Origin: an uncultured Actinomycetes bacterium
GTDB taxonomy: Bacteria; Actinomycetota; UBA4738; HRBIN12
DNA length: 64,000 nt
Reading direction: 5' to 3'
NCBI GenBank assembly: GCA_963746995.1
Contig: CAVVDF010000006.1
Coordinates: 15,403 to 79,402, forward strand
Shown: piece by piece, positions 1 to 9,913 of the stretch
Layout of the letters: the number at the start of each line of letters is the position of its first letter
Numbering within the stretch: position 1 is the first letter of the stretch
Made by a program: the position numbers and the translations under genes
The notes under the pieces: model-generated
Seen by the model: the letters and a program-made list of their open reading frames with translations, nothing else
Told to the model about the DNA's origin: nothing
Databases searched by the model: none

Positions 1-553
1 TGGTCACGAACGCGACCCACCGGTCCCAGCCCTTCGGGACGTACGTCAACGAGTTGTAGCCATTGAGGTATTTCCCGACGAGCGCCGTCTGATAGCCGGC
101 CGCATCGAACCAGGTCGCGAGCGTCGACCCCTCCTTCGGCTTGAAGGCGAGCCACCCGCCCTTGCCCAGCTGGTTCACGTTGTTCCACACGCCGGTGGTG
201 TGCGAATAGTTGCCCGTGAGGATCGAGGCGCGGCTGGGACAGCAAAGGGAGTTCACGACGAACGCGTTCTTGGCGTAGAAGCCGTTGGTCGCCAGCCGTC
301 CTTTGATCACGGGCAGGTACCCCTGCGGGAACGTCTCGTTGAGAGCCGTGGGGACACCTGCTTCGTCCCAGCGCATGTCGTCCGTGAGGACCAGGATGAC
401 GTTGGGCGGGCTCACCGCCTGCGCGCGCGAGACCGGCGACCCCGGGGCCACCGCCGGCGCCAGAGCGGCCAACACGGCCAAGCCGGCTACGACCGCGATC
501 GATGCGATCCGCCGAGCGCCCCAGCGGGGGCCGGGGGCGTGACTGCGCGACAT
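1..553 (-). CDS. sulfatase (formylglycine-dependent arylsulfatase family), 3'-partial at the window edge
   Basis: The minus-strand reading frame starts at ATG 553 with a signal-peptide-like N-terminus (AIASIAVVAGLAVLAALAPA), then CCPSRASILTG, which matches the C-x-P-x-R formylglycine sulfatase signature. There is no stop before position 1. Confidence 0.8.
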   Translation of the reverse strand, partial: MSRSHAPGPRWGARRIASIAVVAGLAVLAALAPAVAPGSPVSRAQAVSPPNVILVLTDDMRWDEAGVPTALNETFPQGYLPVIKGRLATNGFYAKNAFVVNSLCCPSRASILTGNYSHTTGVWNNVNQLGKGGWLAFKPKEGSTLATWFDAAGYQTALVGKYLNGYNSLTYVPKGWDRWVAFVT

Positions 554-761
554 ACGAAACCCTCCCTTTACTGATTAGGCATCACCCTGTCCCATCGGGA
601 CACATCCGTCAATCAGCCTACGGATGTAGAGGGGCGGACCCAGAAGACGACGTAGGGCGATCGCTCCTGCACCCCACGACCTTGACCCGATCCGTAGCCC
701 GGCCCTACGATCGCGCAACCCCTCGCGGGCGATCACTCGCCCGCCCGGCCCCCTGGGAGGA

Positions 762-2699
762 TTGTTGCGACCCAAGCGACGGCTCCGTCGCACGGCGGCG
801 CTGGCGCTGCTGTTGCCGTTCGCATACGCAGTGCTCCCGGCCGCAACGCCATCCATCGCCGCACCCGCCGGATCCGCGCACGTGCGAGTGAACCAAGTCG
901 GGTATCCGACCGCGGTCTCGAAGCGCGCCTATCTGCTCTCGACCGATGACCAGACCGGGGCGACCTTCACGGTCCGCACGGGCGCCAGCCCGGCGTTCAC
1001 CGGCACGGTCGGCGCGGACCTCGGTCGCTGGAGCAAGACGTACACACACGTGTACCCGATCGACTTCGATGCGCTCTCAACCGCGGGCACGTACACCATC
1101 CAGGTGGCGGGCGCGATCCCGGCGACGTCGCCGTCCTTCCGGATCGGAACGGGAACCGAACTGTATGCGCGGAGCCTGACGAACGCGCTGAGCTTCTACC
1201 GGAACGAGCGCGACGGCGCGAGCTACATCCCGTCGACCCTCCGGACCGCCCCGGCGCACCTGCACGACGTGAACGCGATGACCTACCTCACGCCGCACGC
1301 GAACGCGAGCGGCCGATTCTCGGGCGATCTTCGCCGCTCGACAGCAGGATCGACGCGTCCGGCGGCTGGTGGGACGCCGGCGACTACATCAAGTTCGTGC
1401 AGACGACGAGCTACACGGTCGATCTCTTGCTGGCCGGCGTGCGCGACTTCCCGGCGCAGATGGGACGCGGGTCCTCGACCTCCAACTTCACCGACGAGGC
1501 TCGGTTCGGCGTGCGGTTCCTGCTGCGCATGTGGAACGACCGGACGTCGACGCTCTACTACCAGGTGGGGATCGGCTCCGGGAACTCGGGCATCGTGGGC
1601 GATCACGACATCTGGCGACTGCCGCAAGACGACGACGCGTTCGGCGGCACAGACGCACGCTATCGCTACATCCGTCACCGCCCGGTCTTCCGCGCCGCGC
1701 CGCCGGGCGCCCCGATCAGCCCGAATCTCGCCGGCCGCCTCGCTGCCGCGTTCGCGGAGTGCTCGCAGGTGTTCCGTGCGTCCAACACGGCGCTCGCGAA
1801 CCGATGCCTCTTGGCCGGCGCGCATGTCTACGACCTCGCCGACACGACGCCCTCCGGCGACCTGCTGACCGTGATCCCGTTCAGCTTCTACCCCGAGGAC
1901 GAGTGGCTGAGCGACATGGAGCTCGGCGCGACCGAGCTGGCGATGGCGACCGCGGCGACCGGGCTGCCCAGCCGGCGTGCCGCACACCTCGAGGGACTAC
2001 CTGGAAGACGCCGCGCACTGGGCGTCGCAGTACATGCAGAGTTCGTTCGACGCGGCCGACACGCTCAACCTCTACGACGTGTCCGGGTTCGCGCACTACG
2101 ACCTCCACCGCGCGATCCGGGCCGCAGGGAACCCCGCCGGTCTGGAGACGACGCAGGCGGCCTTGCTCGCCGACATCGCGAAGGCGCTCGACGGCGCGCT
2201 CGCGCAAGCGGCCACCGATCCCTTCGGGTTCGGGTTCCCGTGGGCATCGTGGGACACGACGTCGCACGGCGCCGGTCTGTCGGTGATGGCGAGCGAGTAC
2301 GACGAGTTGAGCGGCACCGATCGGTACGCCGACTGGCGCGTGCGCTGGCTCGACAACATCCTCGGCGCCAACGCATGGGGAACCTCGCTGATCGTCGGGA
2401 GCGGCTCCACGTTCCCCCACTGCATGCAGCATCAGGTCACGAACCTGATCGGCTCGCTCGACGGGTCGCCCCCGATCCTGGCCGGCGCCGTCGTCGAGGG
2501 GCCCAACGGCACCCTGTACCAGGGCTCGCTCGCCGGCATGGTGGCGTGCCCGCCCGACGGCATCGACGTGTTCGCCGCCTTCAACGGCAGCGGCGCGAAG
2601 TTCCGAGACGATGCGGAATCCTTCTCCACCGTGGAACCCGCGATCGACCTCACGGCCAGCTCGCCGCTCGCGTTCGCGCGGCAGATGGCGGGCCGATGA
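762..2699 (+). pseudogene. secreted glycoside hydrolase family 9 endoglucanase (N-terminal Ig-like CelD_N domain plus GH9 catalytic domain); reading frame broken twice
   Basis: Three successive ORF pieces (762-1868, 1397-2722, 1977-2699) lie in frames 0, 2 and 0 and together reconstruct one protein. It has a Sec signal peptide, an Ig-like N-terminal domain (VRVNQVGYPT...TFTV), the GH9 motif DASGGWWDAGDYIKF, and a C-terminal catalytic-domain segment. The frame switches fall near 1310-1335 and 1960-1985. Confidence 0.75.
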
Positions 2700-2718
2700 C
2701 CGAACCAAGGGAGGACAC

Positions 2719-3512
2719 ATGAAGCGCGCACGACGAGCGACGATCGTGGCGGCGATCGCCCTGATCGCGACGTCGATCGGATGGAGCCAGCCGGTGCTCA
2801 CCGCCCACGCGGTGACGCCGGTGGTGGTCACGATCGGATTCGACGACGGCACGTTGGATCAGTTCGACGCACGCACAGTGCTGAGCGACCACGACATGAA
2901 CGCGACCTTCTTCATCAACAGCGGCTTCATCGGCGACGCCGACCATATGAGCCGGAGGCAGCTGGAGCTCCTGGCGAGCGACGGCAACGAGATCGGCGGG
3001 CACACCGTCGACCACGCGAACATCCAGCCGCTCTCGGTCATCGACGCGACCGCCGAGGTCTGCGACGACCACACACCCTGACCAGCTGGGGGTTCGACGT
3101 GACCTCGTTCGCGTATCCGTTCGGTTCCTACGACGCGACCAGTGAGGAGATCGTGGCGTCGTGCGGCTACACAAGTGCGCGCACCGTTTCGGGCGTCTCG
3201 ATCCACGTGGGCAAGAACAAGGTGGGCGAGACGATCCCGCCGGCTGATGCGTTCGCAACGCGCACGCCGCCCAACGCCAAGAAGGCGACGAAGCTCTCGA
3301 CGATGGAGCAATTCGTGCTGAACGCGGAGTCCGTCGCGCAATCGAGTGGCCAGAGCCTGTGGATCCAGTTCGTGTTCCATCGCTACTGCGATGCGCACTG
3401 CGGCGCGTACACCGTGCAGCCGACGAAGTTCGACGCACTGCTCGACTTCCTGCAGACGGAGGAGGGCGCCGGCCGGGTCAGCGTGCAGACGACCGCCGAG
3501 GCGATCGGCTGA
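2719..3512 (+). pseudogene. polysaccharide deacetylase (carbohydrate esterase 4 / NodB-like), secreted; one frame break
   Basis: GGAGG RBS, then ATG 2719. Signal peptide, then NodB motifs TIGFDDG and HTVDHANI. The C-terminal half (SWGFDVTSFAYPFGSY...) continues in the ORF 2781-3512, with a frame switch near 3065-3085. Confidence 0.7.
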
Positions 3513-3521
3513 GCGGAGGCG

Positions 3522-4025
3522 TCACAGCCACGGCAGCCTGACCGAATGGCAGTACGCATCCCAGGAGGGGCCGAATCGCTGTGCGAGCTCGGCTTCCTCC
3601 CTTGGCGCGTATCGCCTAGTCGCGACGTAGAGCACGATCCCCATCGCGGCGCCCAGCCACGTATTGAGTAGGAAGCCGAGCCACGGGAGCACCAACAGCG
3701 CGACACCGGTGTAGAGCGGATGCTTCACCAGCGCGAACGGCCCGCTCGTGATCAGCTCGCCCCGAGGCACCTTCCACAGGATCAAGACGACGGACCAGAT
3801 CCAGACCGTGACGCCGGGGATGAGGACGAGGACGGAGATCGCCACCAGCGCTTGCGACGGTCCGCCGACATCGAACATGGACGGGACCGTGACGTTGAGA
3901 ACCAGTCCGACGAGGAGGAAGGGCAGCGCCAGGAGCGCGATCTTCTCTCCGCTCCCGACGAGATCCTTGAGGCCGATCGATCGCGTCGTGTCGGTGGTCA
4001 TGTCCGTCCAGGCCTCCACCTCCAT
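3522..4025 (-). CDS. isoprenylcysteine carboxyl methyltransferase (ICMT/PEMT) family membrane protein
   Basis: 167-aa polytopic membrane ORF with the family motif GPFALVKHPLYTG near the C-terminus. Convergent with the CE4 gene. Confidence 0.7.
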   Translation of the reverse strand: MEVEAWTDMTTDTTRSIGLKDLVGSGEKIALLALPFLLVGLVLNVTVPSMFDVGGPSQALVAISVLVLIPGVTVWIWSVVLILWKVPRGELITSGPFALVKHPLYTGVALLVLPWLGFLLNTWLGAAMGIVLYVATRRYAPREEAELAQRFGPSWDAYCHSVRLPWL

Positions 4026-4103
4026 CGTGACAGTGGCGCCCGAGCGAGCTTCTGGAGGAAGGGCCCATCGCTCGAGGGACGTTCGGCGGCGTCCCTCGAG
4101 CGG

Positions 4104-4832
4104 CTAATCCTTGAAGTCGGGCTGGGTCCGTTCGACCATCCGCAGCATCGCGGCCCAGTGCAGCCGGCCCCACTCGAGCATCCCCTGGCCGGTGAACTGC
4201 TCTCGCGTGCGATCGATCGTCTCCGAAGCGATCGGTGTGAGCGGGCCGAGGCCCGAGGTGAGCACCTGGAGTTGCGCGGCCTTCTCGAGCATGTAGAGGT
4301 CATCCATCGCCGACCCGAGCTCGCGACCGGCGACCAAGATCCCGTGGTGGCGCAGGAACATCACCTCGCTGGTGCCGAGCACCTTGGCGAGACGCTCGCC
4401 CTCATCGAGATCCGCCAGGCCCTCGTAGCGCTCGTCGTAGGCGACACGATCGGTGAACTGGAGCGAGGTCTGGCTGATCGGCTCGAGATGCTGCTCCTCC
4501 TTGACGGCCAGGGCCGTCGTCCACGGCTGGTGGGTGTGCAGCACGACGGTCGCCTGTGGGCAGAGCCGGTGGATCGGCGAATGGATCCCGATCCCGGTGG
4601 CCGGCGCCGTCCCGCTGATCGGCGTGCCGTCGATACCGACCACCGCCAGGCTGGAGGCCGTCACCTCCGAGAAGTGCAGCCCGAACGGATTGATCAGGAA
4701 CCGGTCGTCGTGCCCGGGCACCAGTATCGAGAAATGATTCGAGATCCCCTCATGGAAGTCGTAGAGCACGGCGACGCGGAATGCGGCAGCGAGCTCGATG
4801 CGAGCCTCGCGTTCATCGGCGGGTGGGTTCAT
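4104..4832 (-). CDS. class II aldolase/adducin family protein (fuculose-phosphate-aldolase-like)
   Basis: 242-aa ORF with aldolase_II-type segments (HFSILVPGHD, VVLHTHQPW, MFLRHHGILVAG). Confidence 0.8.
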   Translation of the reverse strand: MNPPADEREARIELAAAFRVAVLYDFHEGISNHFSILVPGHDDRFLINPFGLHFSEVTASSLAVVGIDGTPISGTAPATGIGIHSPIHRLCPQATVVLHTHQPWTTALAVKEEQHLEPISQTSLQFTDRVAYDERYEGLADLDEGERLAKVLGTSEVMFLRHHGILVAGRELGSAMDDLYMLEKAAQLQVLTSGLGPLTPIASETIDRTREQFTGQGMLEWGRLHWAAMLRMVERTQPDFKD

Positions 4833-4944
4833 CGGCGTCCTCCACGGTCAGGGTGACCCGGATAACGTAGCTGCCCGCGTACGCGCCCGCCACCTGCATC
4901 GTGGCCCCCTCACTCCCTCGGCGTCGGCGTGGCAGACTTGCCCC

Positions 4945-5223
4945 GTGCCTGACGACGAGCTGCTGACCCGCGCCGAACGGGCCCTGACCGAGATCAAGGT
5001 CAACCAGGGACTGTCTGAGGAGCACGAGGCGGTGCTGGCCGCGCTGCGCATCCGCCTCACGGGGAGCGACCCGACATCGCTCGAGGAGATGCTCGCGGCC
5101 GCGAGCGACGATCGCCAGACGAGCCTCGACGAGACCATCGCGGCGGTCGAAAGCCAGCCGAAGCCTTCCCTGGACGACCTGTTCGCCGAGGAGCCGAAGC
5201 CGCCTCCCGACTGGCCGTCCTGA
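4945..5223 (+). CDS. hypothetical small acidic protein, translationally coupled (TGATG) to the downstream P-loop gene
   Basis: GTG 4945 is in frame with ORF 4798-5223, and the stop overlaps the ATG of the next gene. No recognisable domain and a weak RBS. An upstream ATG 4798 would overlap the aldolase gene on the opposite strand. Confidence 0.3.
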   Translation: MPDDELLTRAERALTEIKVNQGLSEEHEAVLAALRIRLTGSDPTSLEEMLAAASDDRQTSLDETIAAVESQPKPSLDDLFAEEPKPPPDWPS

Positions 5224-5748
5224 TGGCCGATCGCTCCGATGCCGCCGCCGTGTTGATCACCGGCGTGTACGGCACCGGGAAGTCGACGCTCGTGGAGGCG
5301 ATCGCCGGCGAGCTCGAGGAGCGCAGCGATCCGCTACGGCGCGCTCGACCTCGATTGGCTCGGCTGGTTCGACCACGGCGTGCCCGGTGGCGGCCACGAG
5401 GCGGGCTGGCCCGTGAAGCTGAAGAACGTCGACGCCGTCGTCGGCAACTACTACGAGACAGGCGTGCGCCGGTTCGTGCTCGGAGGCTCGATCCTCACGC
5501 ACGCGACGATCGAGGAGATTCGAGCCGTGCTCGCGATGCCGATGTTCGTCGTGCGCCTAACCCTCCCGATCGAGGAGATCGAGCGCAGGCTCTCGTCGGC
5601 GGTCACCGCGGGCCGCGAGGACAACATCCGCGTGACGCGTGCGTGGGTCGCCGAGGGACGCGGCGAGGGGATCGGCGATCTTGTGCTCGTCAACGATCGC
5701 CCGATCCTCGACGCAGTGAACGACGTGCTTACCCACCTGGCGTGGTGA
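5223..5748 (+). pseudogene. P-loop NTPase / small-molecule-kinase-like protein; one frame break
   Basis: Walker A VLITGVYGTGKSTLV in ORF 5223-5972. The conserved remainder (IRYGALDLDWLGWFD...VLVNDRPILDAVNDVLTHLAW) sits in ORF 5380-5748, with a frame switch at about 5326-5334. Confidence 0.55.
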
Positions 5749-7174
5749 GCCCGTCCGCGAGGAGCCGGGCACCGATCTCTCGCACGACCAGCGGCACGAG
5801 GTCCACGTCCTCGGGCCTCGTCCGCCAGTTCACCAGGGCCGGGCGGAACGCGACGCGGCCGCCGTACTCGGTAGCGCCGAAGAACACGCGCCCGTCGAGC
5901 AGCGCCGCCTCGCCGATCCGGCGGTTCAGGTCGTTGAGCTCGGGACCGTCCTGCCACCCGTCGGGGCGATAGCGGAAGCAGACGATGTTCAGCTGCACGT
6001 CAGCCAGGCGCTCCAAGTCGGGCGCCGCATCGACGGACATCGAGAGCCCTTGAGCGAGGTCGAGGTCGTGTTCGACGATCGCACGGTAGCCGTCGCGGCC
6101 GTACGCACGCAGTGTCGCCCACACCGGCAACGACCGCGCCCGCCGCGACATCTCCGGTCCGAGGTACCCGAAGTTCGGCTGTGGATCGTCGATATCGGGC
6201 AGGTACGCGGCGCCCGATCCGAAGACGGCCGGTAGCAGGGCCGGGTCGCGCACGAACGCGAAGCCGTTCTCGTAGGGCACGTTCAACCACTTGTGCCCGT
6301 CCGCGATCACCGACTCGGCGCGCTCGACGCCCTCCACGAGATGCTTCGTTCGCGGGCTCACGGCGGCGAACAGCCCGAAGGCTCCGTCGACGTGGAACCA
6401 GGCATCGTGGCGCGCGGCGAGGTCCGCCATCGCAGGCAGCGGATCGAAGTCGCCGGCGTTCACCTCGCCGGCGCTCCCGATCACGATCGCGGGCGCGCCG
6501 TCGAGATCCCGGAGGGCGGTCTCCATCGCGTCGAGGTCGACACGACCGACATCGTCGCGGGCGAGCTTGTGCACGCGGGACCGGCCGATGCCGAGCATCC
6601 CGAGCGCCTTCACGTCGCTCGGATGGGTGTACCCGCCACCGAGGACGGTGATCGGGGGCGCCGCGCCCACGCCGAGCTCATCGATGTCCACACCCGCGCG
6701 CAACGCGCACCAGCGGCGTGCGCACGCGAGCGCCACGAAGTTGGCCATCGTGGCGCCGGTGGTGAGGACGCCTCCCCACGACGCCGGCAGGCCGAACAGG
6801 CTCTTCAGCCAGTCGATGGACACCTGCTCGAGGCGGGCAGCCAGCGGGGTGGAGACCCACGCTCCCGGATTCTGATCGAGGGTCGTCGCCAGCCAATCGG
6901 CTCCAAGCGCCGCCGGGGTGGTGCCCCCGTCCACGAAGTGGAAGAACTTCGGACCTGCCGAGTGCACGGCCGCGTCGAACCCGCCGACGAGTTCCTGCAG
7001 AGCAGCCAACGAGCCGACACCCTGCTCGGGCAGGGGCCCCCCGAAGGTCGCCGCGACCTCGTCGGCCCGCGGATCGCGTACCGGGCGGTCGGCGAGGGTG
7101 TCGAGGTAGTCACGCGACTCGTTCGCCGCGAAACGGATGACGTCGGGAAGCTCATCGGGATCGGGTCGACTCAT
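5729..7174 (-). CDS. pyridoxal-phosphate-dependent amino-acid decarboxylase (group II; aromatic-L-amino-acid/L-2,4-diaminobutyrate decarboxylase-like)
   Basis: 481 aa from ATG 7174 (MSRPDPDELPD...). PLP-lysine motif SVIADGHKWLNVPY and a typical group II decarboxylase fold signature throughout. Confidence 0.8.
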   Translation of the reverse strand: MSRPDPDELPDVIRFAANESRDYLDTLADRPVRDPRADEVAATFGGPLPEQGVGSLAALQELVGGFDAAVHSAGPKFFHFVDGGTTPAALGADWLATTLDQNPGAWVSTPLAARLEQVSIDWLKSLFGLPASWGGVLTTGATMANFVALACARRWCALRAGVDIDELGVGAAPPITVLGGGYTHPSDVKALGMLGIGRSRVHKLARDDVGRVDLDAMETALRDLDGAPAIVIGSAGEVNAGDFDPLPAMADLAARHDAWFHVDGAFGLFAAVSPRTKHLVEGVERAESVIADGHKWLNVPYENGFAFVRDPALLPAVFGSGAAYLPDIDDPQPNFGYLGPEMSRRARSLPVWATLRAYGRDGYRAIVEHDLDLAQGLSMSVDAAPDLERLADVQLNIVCFRYRPDGWQDGPELNDLNRRIGEAALLDGRVFFGATEYGGRVAFRPALVNWRTRPEDVDLVPLVVREIGARLLADGLTTPGG

Positions 7175-7224
7175 GGACGTCGATGGTACGCCCTGCGACG
7201 GTGGTCGATTCCCGGGCGAAGACC

Positions 7225-7352
7225 CGTCAACAAGGTGACGGAGGATATCCCCATCCACGCAGGAACCCGTCAATCGCTTGACGGGTGAGCGACGTCAACC
7301 GCCTGACGAGATCCCTCGTGAACACCCGCGACGCGCGTCAACCTGTTGACGG
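7225..7352. promoter_or_regulatory. array of four CGTCA-N6-TGACG palindromes (putative operator array) upstream of the decarboxylase gene
   Basis: The four sites are cgtcaacaaggtgacg (7225-7240), ccgtcaatcgcttgacgg (7267-7284), cgtcaaccgcctgacg (7293-7308) and cgtcaacctgttgacgg (7336-7352). Spacings are 43, 25 and 43 bp. They lie in the 163-bp gap between the decarboxylase start and the NYN gene stop. Confidence 0.5.
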
Positions 7353-8435
7353 GATGCCGAGCACGTAGTCGCCGTCGTCGGCGTCCCACTCGAGCGAGAC
7401 CACGCCCTGTGTTGCTGCCGCCTTCGCGAACTGGAGGAACCCTCCGTACCCGAACTTCTTCTCGCTGAAGTCGGGCTGCACCTTCCGCACCTTGTTCTTC
7501 AGGCCCGAGAGGTGTGCGACCTGACCCTTCGCCTGTAGATCGCCGACCACCGACTGGAGCACCGCGAACGCTTCTGTCTCGCCTCCGTGGGTCGGCAACG
7601 ACACCTCGGGATCGCCCTTCACAGAGCCCGACGACAGCTCGATCACGTTGCGCGACGCCAGCAGCCGCAACAGTTCCCCGAACGCACGGAAGCCGTAGTC
7701 GGCCTCGCTGAACGTCGGATCCTTGCGCAGGAGCGCGCGTTTGATGTTCGAGGCGAGCACCGCGCCCCCCGACGTTCGCTCGAGGCCGGCGACCGTCTGG
7801 GCAACGCGCACCGCCAACTGATCGATATCGCCGGACCCCGCGTCATCAACCTGCTCGATCTCTTCGACCGCCGGCGCGGCCGCAGCCGCCTTCTTTGTCG
7901 CGCCCGACCCGCCGCGGCCGCCTCGCGACCTGCGCCGGCCCGCGCCCTCCGGGACGTCCACACCCTCCAACGTCTCGTAGAAGAGGAACTCGTCGCACGC
8001 CGGCGGGAGGAGCTTCGACGTGGAGTCCTTGATGCCGACGCCGATCACGCGCTTGTTCAGCTCGCGGAGCTTGTGCACCAGCGGCGTCAGGTCGCTGTCA
8101 CCGGTGCAGATCACGAATGTCGAGATGTACTCACGTTCGAAGGCCATCTCGAGCGCATCGACCGCCATCTTGATGTCGGCGGCGTTCTTGCGTGACGTGC
8201 CCATCCGCTGTGGGATCTCGATCAGCTCGACATGGCCGCGCGTGAGCATCCGGCGGTCTTCCTCGAAGGCCGACCAGTCCGCGTACGCTTTGCGCGCGAT
8301 CACCCGCCCGCGCTCGGCCAGCGCGTCGAGCACCGGCTTCAGGTCGAAGGTGAGGCCGCCGAGCGCTTCGCGCGCCCCGATGGCCAGGTTCTCGTAGTCC
8401 AGGAACAGCGCGATCCGTTCTTCGTCGGTATCCAC
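7338..8435 (-). CDS. NYN (LabA-like) domain protein with C-terminal OST-HTH/LOTUS domains
   Basis: 365 aa with GTG start. N-terminal NYN signature (ALFLDYENL...ICTGDSDLTPLV), a Gly/Arg-rich linker, then OST-HTH-like repeats. Confidence 0.75.
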   Translation of the reverse strand: MDTDEERIALFLDYENLAIGAREALGGLTFDLKPVLDALAERGRVIARKAYADWSAFEEDRRMLTRGHVELIEIPQRMGTSRKNAADIKMAVDALEMAFEREYISTFVICTGDSDLTPLVHKLRELNKRVIGVGIKDSTSKLLPPACDEFLFYETLEGVDVPEGAGRRRSRGGRGGSGATKKAAAAAPAVEEIEQVDDAGSGDIDQLAVRVAQTVAGLERTSGGAVLASNIKRALLRKDPTFSEADYGFRAFGELLRLLASRNVIELSSGSVKGDPEVSLPTHGGETEAFAVLQSVVGDLQAKGQVAHLSGLKNKVRKVQPDFSEKKFGYGGFLQFAKAAATQGVVSLEWDADDGDYVLGIPSTG

Positions 8436-8462
8436 GTGGTCAGCCTAGTGCCCGTCCATCGT

Positions 8463-9224
8463 TCAGTCGCGGGCATCGAGGAGCGCACGCACGGGCGAGA
8501 GATCGAATGGAGCGCCGCGCATCACGATGAGATGGCCCGCGCCGGCCTCCAGGTAGTCGTCGATCCGACCGACCTCTGCGCCGTCGATCAACACGGTGCG
8601 TTCGATCTCCGCCGGATCGCGCCCGACCTCCTCGCACCAGCGGTCCAGCACGGCGTTCTTGTGGGCGTACCGCTCGGGTGGCCCGAACCCGTTCCACGCG
8701 TGCGCGTGCTGTGCCACAAGCTTCAGCGTCACCTGCTCGCCGCCGCCTCCGATCAGGATCGGCAACGGGTCCTGCACGGGCGGGGGGTTCAGCACCGCCA
8801 GACGGGACTCGATCCGTGGCAGCGCCGCCGCGAGGTCTGCGAGACGCGACCCCGCTGTGCCGAACGGGTAGCCGTACTCGTCGTAATCTCGCTCGAACCA
8901 GCCCGCGCCGATGCCGAGCGTCACACGTCCGGCGGAGAGGTGGTCGACCGTGCGCGCCATATCGGCCAGGAGTTCGGGATTCCGATAGGAGTTGCACGAC
9001 ACCATCGCGCCGAAGCGCACCCGCTCGGTTTCGATCGCCATCGCGGCGAGCTGCGTCCAGCCCTCGAAATGCGGCCCGTCCGGCTCCCCGTAGAGCGGGT
9101 AGAAGTGGTCCCAGGTCCACAGGCTGTCGGCGCCCATCGCGTCGACCTCACGCCAGACCCGGCGAAGCTCGTCCATCGACGCGTGCTGGGGTTGGATCTG
9201 AGCACCGACTTTGAAGCGGGGCAT
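8463..9224 (-). CDS. LLM class F420-dependent oxidoreductase (luciferase-like monooxygenase family)
   Basis: AGGAGG RBS, then ATG 9224 (MPRFKVGAQIQP...). LLM fold motifs (TLGIGAGW, LPILIGGGG). Confidence 0.8.
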   Translation of the reverse strand: MPRFKVGAQIQPQHASMDELRRVWREVDAMGADSLWTWDHFYPLYGEPDGPHFEGWTQLAAMAIETERVRFGAMVSCNSYRNPELLADMARTVDHLSAGRVTLGIGAGWFERDYDEYGYPFGTAGSRLADLAAALPRIESRLAVLNPPPVQDPLPILIGGGGEQVTLKLVAQHAHAWNGFGPPERYAHKNAVLDRWCEEVGRDPAEIERTVLIDGAEVGRIDDYLEAGAGHLIVMRGAPFDLSPVRALLDARD

Positions 9225-9283
9225 GCGACCTCCTGACATGGGACGCGACGCGAGCTCTCTCGACACAGGATAGGGTCGCCCGC

Positions 9284-9913
9284 ATGGCGACGTACGAACG
9301 CCGGCGCGAGGACGCGATCGCCGCCGGGATCGGCGCCTCGATCATCGTTGTCTGCGCGTTCCTGGCACGCAACGGCACGGTGGGCGATCTCGAGGCTCGC
9401 GTCTTCCGAGCGATCAACGGACTTCCCGACGCTCTCGCGCCGGTCATGACGAAGGCGCAGCTCCTGGGGGTGCTCGGTGTGGGGCCGCTCATCGCCGTGG
9501 TCGCGCTGATCGCTCGGCGGTGGCGCCTCGCCCTCGCGGCCCTGCTCGTGACCGTTGGCAAGCTCGCCGCCGAGCGGCTCGTCTGGCAGGTGGTCCAGCG
9601 AGAGCGGCCCGGCACCACGATCGTCGACGCGATCGTCCGAGGCGACACGCCACGCACAGGGCTGTCGTTCGTGTCGGGACACGTGATCTTGATCGTCGGC
9701 CTTGCCGTCGTGATCGAGCCTTACCTGCGCGGCCGGTGGCGCGTGGTTCCGTGGGCCGTCGTTGCACTGGTCATCTTCGCTCGTGTCTACCTCGGTGCGC
9801 ATGCGCCGCTCGACGTCCTCGGCGGCTTCGGCCTCGGGCTCGTCGTCGGCGGTCTCGCGAACGTGATCGTTGGCGTCCCGGCCGACGAGCATCTGGGAAC
9901 ATCGCCCGCGTGA
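9284..9913 (+). CDS. PAP2 family phosphatase (phosphatidic acid phosphatase type 2-like), membrane
   Basis: 209 aa with PAP2 motifs KLAAERLVWQVVQRERP, SFVSGH and ARVYLGAHAPLDVLGG. Confidence 0.8.
   Translation: MATYERRREDAIAAGIGASIIVVCAFLARNGTVGDLEARVFRAINGLPDALAPVMTKAQLLGVLGVGPLIAVVALIARRWRLALAALLVTVGKLAAERLVWQVVQRERPGTTIVDAIVRGDTPRTGLSFVSGHVILIVGLAVVIEPYLRGRWRVVPWAVVALVIFARVYLGAHAPLDVLGGFGLGLVVGGLANVIVGVPADEHLGTSPA

Noticed and set aside
6112-7288. Plus-strand ORFs of 179-331 aa overlapping the decarboxylase gene
   Set aside because: Antisense to a well-supported PLP-decarboxylase. Low-complexity Arg/Pro-rich translations.
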